This document shows positions 59,742 to 64,000 of a DNA stretch of 64,000 nucleotides, one piece after another. The position numbers were made by a program, and so were the translations under genes. The first letter of the stretch is position 1; each line of letters opens with the position of its first letter. The notes beneath the pieces were generated by a model, which did not search any database, was not told the origin of the DNA, and saw only the letters and a program-made list of their open reading frames with translations. This DNA comes from Rhodothermales bacterium (GTDB lineage: Bacteria > Bacteroidota > Rhodothermia > Rhodothermales > Bin80), in assembly GCA_965116685.1 (NCBI GenBank), contig OZ220707.1, forward strand, positions 787,655-851,654, read 5' to 3'.

Positions 59742-61166
59742 GAACGGCAGGTAAAGAACTGCTGCCAGCATAAAAAACACCAAGAGCCCGATTATATCGT
59801 TACTGGTGGTAATAAAGGGGCCGGTAGCCAAGGCCGGATCAACTCCAATCCGGTCCAGCATCAGCGGGATTGTTGCCCCAATGACCGCTGCTAGAATGAC
59901 TACGACAAAGAGCGATAACCCCGCTGTTGCGGCCAGACGCCAAGGATCCGGAGCTTGAATGACGACGGATGGCCACATACTTGCCATCCAACCAAATACG
60001 ACTAATACTGCCACGATCATCACGGCAGCCAGAGCCAGTCCATTGGCTATGGCTACATAGACTTCTTTACCCATGCGCCGAAGCATATTGGCCGACCATA
60101 CCTCTCCCGATGCCAATCCCTGAACAATGATCGCTGAACTTTGAATGCCAGCATTTCCCGCCATGGCCATCACGACAGGAATGAATGCTGCGAGCACCGA
60201 GGCACGCCGAATATTTTCTTCGTACATGCCGATGACGCTCCCCGCAAATACGGCCCCAATCAGGCCTAACAGTAGCCAGGGCAGACGGCCGCGGGTGATG
60301 CTGAACACGGTGTCTGTTTGATCTTCATCGCTAGTGATACCACTAAGCCGCAGGTAATCTTCTTCGGCCTCCTCACGAATAACATCCACTGCATCATCAA
60401 TCGTTACGTGCCCAATCAAATGCTGCTCATCGTCTACGACCGCTAAGGAAACCAGATCATACCTTTCCATTATCCTAACGACTTCTTCCTGATCGACCTC
60501 TGCCGTCACGTAACGAATATCTGTTCGCATCACATCACCAATCACCGCATCCGACGGGGATAATAACAGGCGACGAATCGTCACGAATCCTTTTAGTTTT
60601 TTTGCCTCGTCAATCACGAAAACCACATACAGGTCTTGCGTATTCTCCGCATTTCGGCGGATTTCTTCCGTGGCCTCTGCAACGGTCCAACTTGCTAGAG
60701 CTAAAACCACTTCGGCAGCCATGATGCCACCTGCTGTTTCCTCTCCATATTCGAGAAGTCCCTTGACGGACTCACGATCCTCTAAAACCCGGAGAACCCT
60801 TTGACGTACAGTCTCATCCAGGTTGCTCAGGACATCCGCTGCATCGTCGGATTCCAGTTCATTGAGAAGAGCGGTAATGCGCTCAGTCGGAACCTCCGAG
60901 AGTAGATCTGCACAAAACGCCTCATCCAACTCTGCCAATACATTTGCACCTGTTATGGTTGGGAGCGCAAGGGTTAGGGAAGCCGCATGGTCGCGTCCCA
61001 ACTCCGTAACGAGTCGGGCGATATCCGCTGGATGCAGTTGCTGCAGTAAATCCAGTGCAGCCGCAAAATCATTTTCCTCAAGCCGCAGCTCCACTTCCTG
61101 GGCGATTGCCTCATCCAACTCTATGGGAGCCGGATTTTCGTTTGATCTGGCACTGAAAATAGACAT
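59736..61166 (-). CDS. mgtE: Magnesium transporter MgtE
   Basis: It has the MgtE N-domain, a tandem CBS pair (…IMAAEVVLA…, …VMRTDIRYV…) and a C-terminal 5-TM MgtE domain (AGNAGIQSSAIIVQGLA, PFITTSNDIIGL). Confidence 0.93.
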   Translation of the reverse strand: MSIFSARSNENPAPIELDEAIAQEVELRLEENDFAAALDLLQQLHPADIARLVTELGRDHAASLTLALPTITGANVLAELDEAFCADLLSEVPTERITALLNELESDDAADVLSNLDETVRQRVLRVLEDRESVKGLLEYGEETAGGIMAAEVVLALASWTVAEATEEIRRNAENTQDLYVVFVIDEAKKLKGFVTIRRLLLSPSDAVIGDVMRTDIRYVTAEVDQEEVVRIMERYDLVSLAVVDDEQHLIGHVTIDDAVDVIREEAEEDYLRLSGITSDEDQTDTVFSITRGRLPWLLLGLIGAVFAGSVIGMYEENIRRASVLAAFIPVVMAMAGNAGIQSSAIIVQGLASGEVWSANMLRRMGKEVYVAIANGLALAAVMIVAVLVVFGWMASMWPSVVIQAPDPWRLAATAGLSLFVVVILAAVIGATIPLMLDRIGVDPALATGPFITTSNDIIGLLVFFMLAAVLYLPFI

Positions 61167-61181
61167 TCGATCACTGGTTGT

Positions 61182-61961
61182 CTAAAGAGTCTCGGACGAT
61201 TGCGAACGGTCCTGAAAATAGCGCGCAAGCATCACATAATCAGCGGGTGACAATTCTTCTGCGCGACACCGCCTCCAGCGATCAGGGATATCAGCAGCCC
61301 ACTGCCGGAGACTATTTCGAAGTACCTTCCGCCGCATCCCAAACCCTGCACGAACCACTGCATGCAGCAGCCCCGTATCCACATCCGGGGCTTCTATCCC
61401 TTCAAAATCAAGTCGAATTACCGTACTTTCCACGGCTGGCTTGGGTTCAAATACGTTGCGGCTGACCTTGAATAATATACTTGGGCGGGCATATAGCTGC
61501 GCAAATACACTTGGAATTCCATATGCCTTGGTGCGGGGCTCTGCCACGATTCGCTCAGCGACCTCTCTTTGGACCATCAAAATCGCCTGACTCATGACAT
61601 CATGTGCAGCCAGTAGCCCAAATAGAATGGGGCTGGTAATATTGTAGGGCAAGTTGCCGATAATGTGTAGCGGTAGATTACCTAGGCTCTGCCAGTCTAT
61701 CTCAAGTACATCCGCCTGCCGCATATTCAAGTCTGGATAACATTCACGAAGATGTATGACTGCCCGGGAATCTACTTCAATCGCTTCAAAATTTTCATAA
61801 CGTTCATGCAGAATCCCCGTCAAAGCACCGACACCTGGACCGATCTCCACTACATGTGCATCCACTGGTGCTTCCAGTGCCCCAACGATACGACGGGCAG
61901 TATTGGGGTCGTTCAGGAAATGCTGCCCCAGGCTCTTTTTAGGTAGAATCGACGATTTCAC
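61182..61961 (-). CDS. rsmA: 16S rRNA (adenine1518/1519-N6)-dimethyltransferase
   Basis: Motifs are KSLGQHFLNDPN, the SAM motif VVEIGPGVGALT, and NLPYNITSPILF. Confidence 0.93.
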   Translation of the reverse strand: MKSSILPKKSLGQHFLNDPNTARRIVGALEAPVDAHVVEIGPGVGALTGILHERYENFEAIEVDSRAVIHLRECYPDLNMRQADVLEIDWQSLGNLPLHIIGNLPYNITSPILFGLLAAHDVMSQAILMVQREVAERIVAEPRTKAYGIPSVFAQLYARPSILFKVSRNVFEPKPAVESTVIRLDFEGIEAPDVDTGLLHAVVRAGFGMRRKVLRNSLRQWAADIPDRWRRCRAEELSPADYVMLARYFQDRSQSSETL

Positions 61962-61975
61962 AATACTCAGCTCTC

Positions 61976-63076
61976 CTAATGCAGATGCTTGCGCCGGTTG
62001 CGCACATAATCTTCAAACAGAAACTCTCCCAGATTATCCAGGTCTGCGTAGTATGCCCGCCCATGGTTTGCATCCGTGAGCTGCCGAACAAATCCCTGCA
62101 GATATGGGTCTCTTGCAATCATAAAGGTTGTAATTGAGATTCCCTCCCGACGACAAATAACCGCCTCATCCAGCACCTTGTTCACGATTTTCCGATCCAG
62201 TCCAAATACATTCTTGTAAAGCTTTCCCTGTTCAAAATGACAGCTTGGCTTCCCATCGGTAATCATAAATATCTGCTTATTCCGATTTTTCCGTCGGCGA
62301 AGAATTTCGCGTGCACGGCGTAGCCCGGCATGCGTATTCGTATGATACGGTCCCACCTGCAGGTACGGCAAATCCTTGATGGATACCTCCCATGCATCAT
62401 CTCCAAATGCTACAATATCAAGCGTATCCTTTGCATAGCGACGCAGGATCAATTCTGCTAAAGCCATTGCCGTTTTACGGGCAGGAGTAATGCGATCCTC
62501 TCCATACAAGATCATTGAATGACTCAGGTCAATCATCAGCACCGTGGACTGATTCGACTTGTGATCGGTCTCGTGAACTGCATAATCTTCTTCTAATAAC
62601 GACCAGTCGTCAATCCCGCCGCGCCGATATGAGTTTGAGAGCGTATCCGTCACATTCAAAAGGTGCGGATCATCCCCAAACCTCCAGGGTCTTGTTTCGG
62701 GTAAACGCTCGTCCCCAATACCTTCGTATGGGGTTCGGTGTTGTCCTTTACCAGCTTTACGGAGCTGCCGAAAAATTTCCTCTAGGGAACGATCCCGCAG
62801 ACTCCGTTCTGTCTTGGCCGTCATCTGTAGAGTTTCCTGCCTATCCTCTCGAAGGTATCCCCTTGATTTAAGCTCTTCAATAAAGTCCCCAATCCCGGAT
62901 TGCGAATCTGTAAGATTATAGCGCTGATCCAGTTGCGTGAGCCAATTCAATGCTTCCGTGGCATCGCCGGCTGTAAATTGAAGCAGCTGTTGAAAAAGAT
63001 CAAGCAACTGTTCAAACGTAGTGGGCTTCCCACCATGTTTTACTTCATCCCACTGCACATATTTGTAGGGAATCAT
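61976..63076 (-). CDS. von Willebrand factor type A (VWA) domain protein
   Basis: The MIDAS motif is VLMIDLSHSM, with a downstream FMITDGKPS. The N-terminal ~170 aa are helical with no recognised family. No MoxR-type ATPase is adjacent in this window. Confidence 0.7.
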   Translation of the reverse strand: MIPYKYVQWDEVKHGGKPTTFEQLLDLFQQLLQFTAGDATEALNWLTQLDQRYNLTDSQSGIGDFIEELKSRGYLREDRQETLQMTAKTERSLRDRSLEEIFRQLRKAGKGQHRTPYEGIGDERLPETRPWRFGDDPHLLNVTDTLSNSYRRGGIDDWSLLEEDYAVHETDHKSNQSTVLMIDLSHSMILYGEDRITPARKTAMALAELILRRYAKDTLDIVAFGDDAWEVSIKDLPYLQVGPYHTNTHAGLRRAREILRRRKNRNKQIFMITDGKPSCHFEQGKLYKNVFGLDRKIVNKVLDEAVICRREGISITTFMIARDPYLQGFVRQLTDANHGRAYYADLDNLGEFLFEDYVRNRRKHLH

Positions 63077-63591
63077 ACTTCAAGCCACTCCATTAAGGAC
63101 TACCTCGGACCAAATACTACAAAATCCGCCCCCTTCGAGGCGAAAACGCGGGGAACGGATTAATCCACTTTGACACTCCGCTTACTCCTGTGGTTCCTCA
63201 GGCATCTTTCATGCATAAACAAAGCCTTAGGAAAGATGAGCTTAAAATTCTATCCGTTGGCGTTGCCACGAGTTCTTGAAGTACTTCTAATCGCTCTGGA
63301 TCAGACCTCATTCCCGGCACTGTCGAACTGATCATCTACGTCTTTGATCGCCGTGCCTGGTGAATCTCGGAATTCATAGATTTTCTTGCAGGCCCCCTGC
63401 TCATGCATCATAGCCTATATTCTTGCTCGGGCCTATATTTGGGTATTGGCATGTTCTCTGAGAGTCCTGCCATGCTCGAACTTTTGCATGCCACCTCCTG
63501 ACATGTCTGTCAGTGTGTTCGTTTATTCACTATTGTAAGCACAAATGTCCTGTGTTAAACGTACAAGTATCCGTCACAAGTGTAATCTTGA

Positions 63592-64000
63592 ATGCAACGA
63601 CCCCGAAGAGATTCCCGCCCTGTACAGGTAGGACCGGTCCAGATTGGTGGTCATGCACCGATTGCGGTGCAGTCCATGACCGTATCCAAGACTCATAAAG
63701 TTGAAGAAACCCTTCATGAGATCGCCCAACTGGCAGAAGCCGGGGCGGATATCGTTCGTGTCGCCGTACCACGACCGGAAGACGCTGAAGCACTTCCTGA
63801 CATCGTACAGGGATCCAGTGTCCCGATCGTAGCAGATATTCACTTCAATCATACCTATGCCTTGAAAGCGATTGAAGCAGGGATCGCAAAAGTTAGAATC
63901 AACCCGGGCAATATTGGGAAGCAAGAATGGGAGCGTGAAGTCCTTCTGGCGGCCAAGGAGGCAGGCATCCCAATTCGTATCGGTGTGAACAGCGGCTCAC
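63592..64000 (+). CDS. ispG: 4-hydroxy-3-methylbut-2-en-1-yl diphosphate synthase, N-terminal part (continues past the window end)
   Basis: Hand translation from the ATG at 63592 gives MQRPRRDSRPVQVGPVQIGGHAPIAVQSMTVSKTHKVEETLHEIAQLAEAGADIVRVAVP...PIVADIHFNHTYALKAIEAGIAKVRINPGNIG...RIGVNSGS, a canonical IspG/GcpE sequence. It is open-ended, so it is absent from the ORF track. Confidence 0.9.
   Translation, partial: MQRPRRDSRPVQVGPVQIGGHAPIAVQSMTVSKTHKVEETLHEIAQLAEAGADIVRVAVPRPEDAEALPDIVQGSSVPIVADIHFNHTYALKAIEAGIAKVRINPGNIGKQEWEREVLLAAKEAGIPIRIGVNSGS

Noticed and set aside
63513-63924. ORFs 63513-63698 (+), 63530-63793 (-) and 63574-63924 (-) near the window end
   Set aside because: They overlap the clearly recognisable open-ended ispG frame starting at 63592 and are in wrong-frame or antisense orientation.

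Overview
This 64 kb window is chromosomal DNA that looks like an FCB-group bacterium (Bacteroidota, Rhodothermota or Balneolota). That lineage guess is an inference from three things: family content (GWxTD, a short glycogen-synthase-like gene next to a DUF4270-like lipoprotein, a long LptD-like protein, DUF1080 and Tat-exported Gfo/Idh/MocA enzymes), a tmRNA tag ending in YAMAA, and the absence of strong Shine-Dalgarno sites.

Most of the window is densely packed housekeeping genes: asnS (partial), ssrA, msrA, nagB, eno, sucC, lon, rsgA, clpC, tyrA, gcvT, ftsK, purE, mgtE, rsmA and ispG (partial).

Three regions stand out:

- **A roughly 6.1 kb accessory island (about 21.47-27.76 kb).** It is bracketed by 162-bp imperfect direct repeats that duplicate the 3' end of the glycogen-synthase-like gene, the whole intergenic region and the start codon of the next core gene. 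It carries a Type I hsdM, a HEPN (HI0074-like) gene, an open reading frame that fuses a minimal nucleotidyltransferase (MNT) to a full HsdS, an ISL3-type transposase remnant, and a translationally coupled ABC-type ATPase plus DUF4276-like gene pair. No hsdR and no integrase are present. The ATPase/DUF4276 pair is my best candidate for an uncharacterised defence system.
- **A nested insertion-sequence (IS) structure (54.97-59.74 kb).** An IS1634-family element with a 29-bp target site duplication (TSD) is interrupted by an IS21-family element with a 6-bp TSD. The IS21 istB gene is broken by a perfect 52-bp tandem duplication.
- **A cluster at 8.7-18.0 kb.** It combines two Tat-signal Gfo/Idh/MocA oxidoreductases, ApbE, a membrane-anchored HdrD/DsrK-like Fe-S protein, a xylose-isomerase-like TIM barrel and a DUF1080 protein.

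I saw no rRNA, no canonical tRNA and no CRISPR array. All calls come from reading the sequence and the supplied translations. Family names are pattern recognition, not database hits. Hand-refined coordinates may be off by a few nucleotides.
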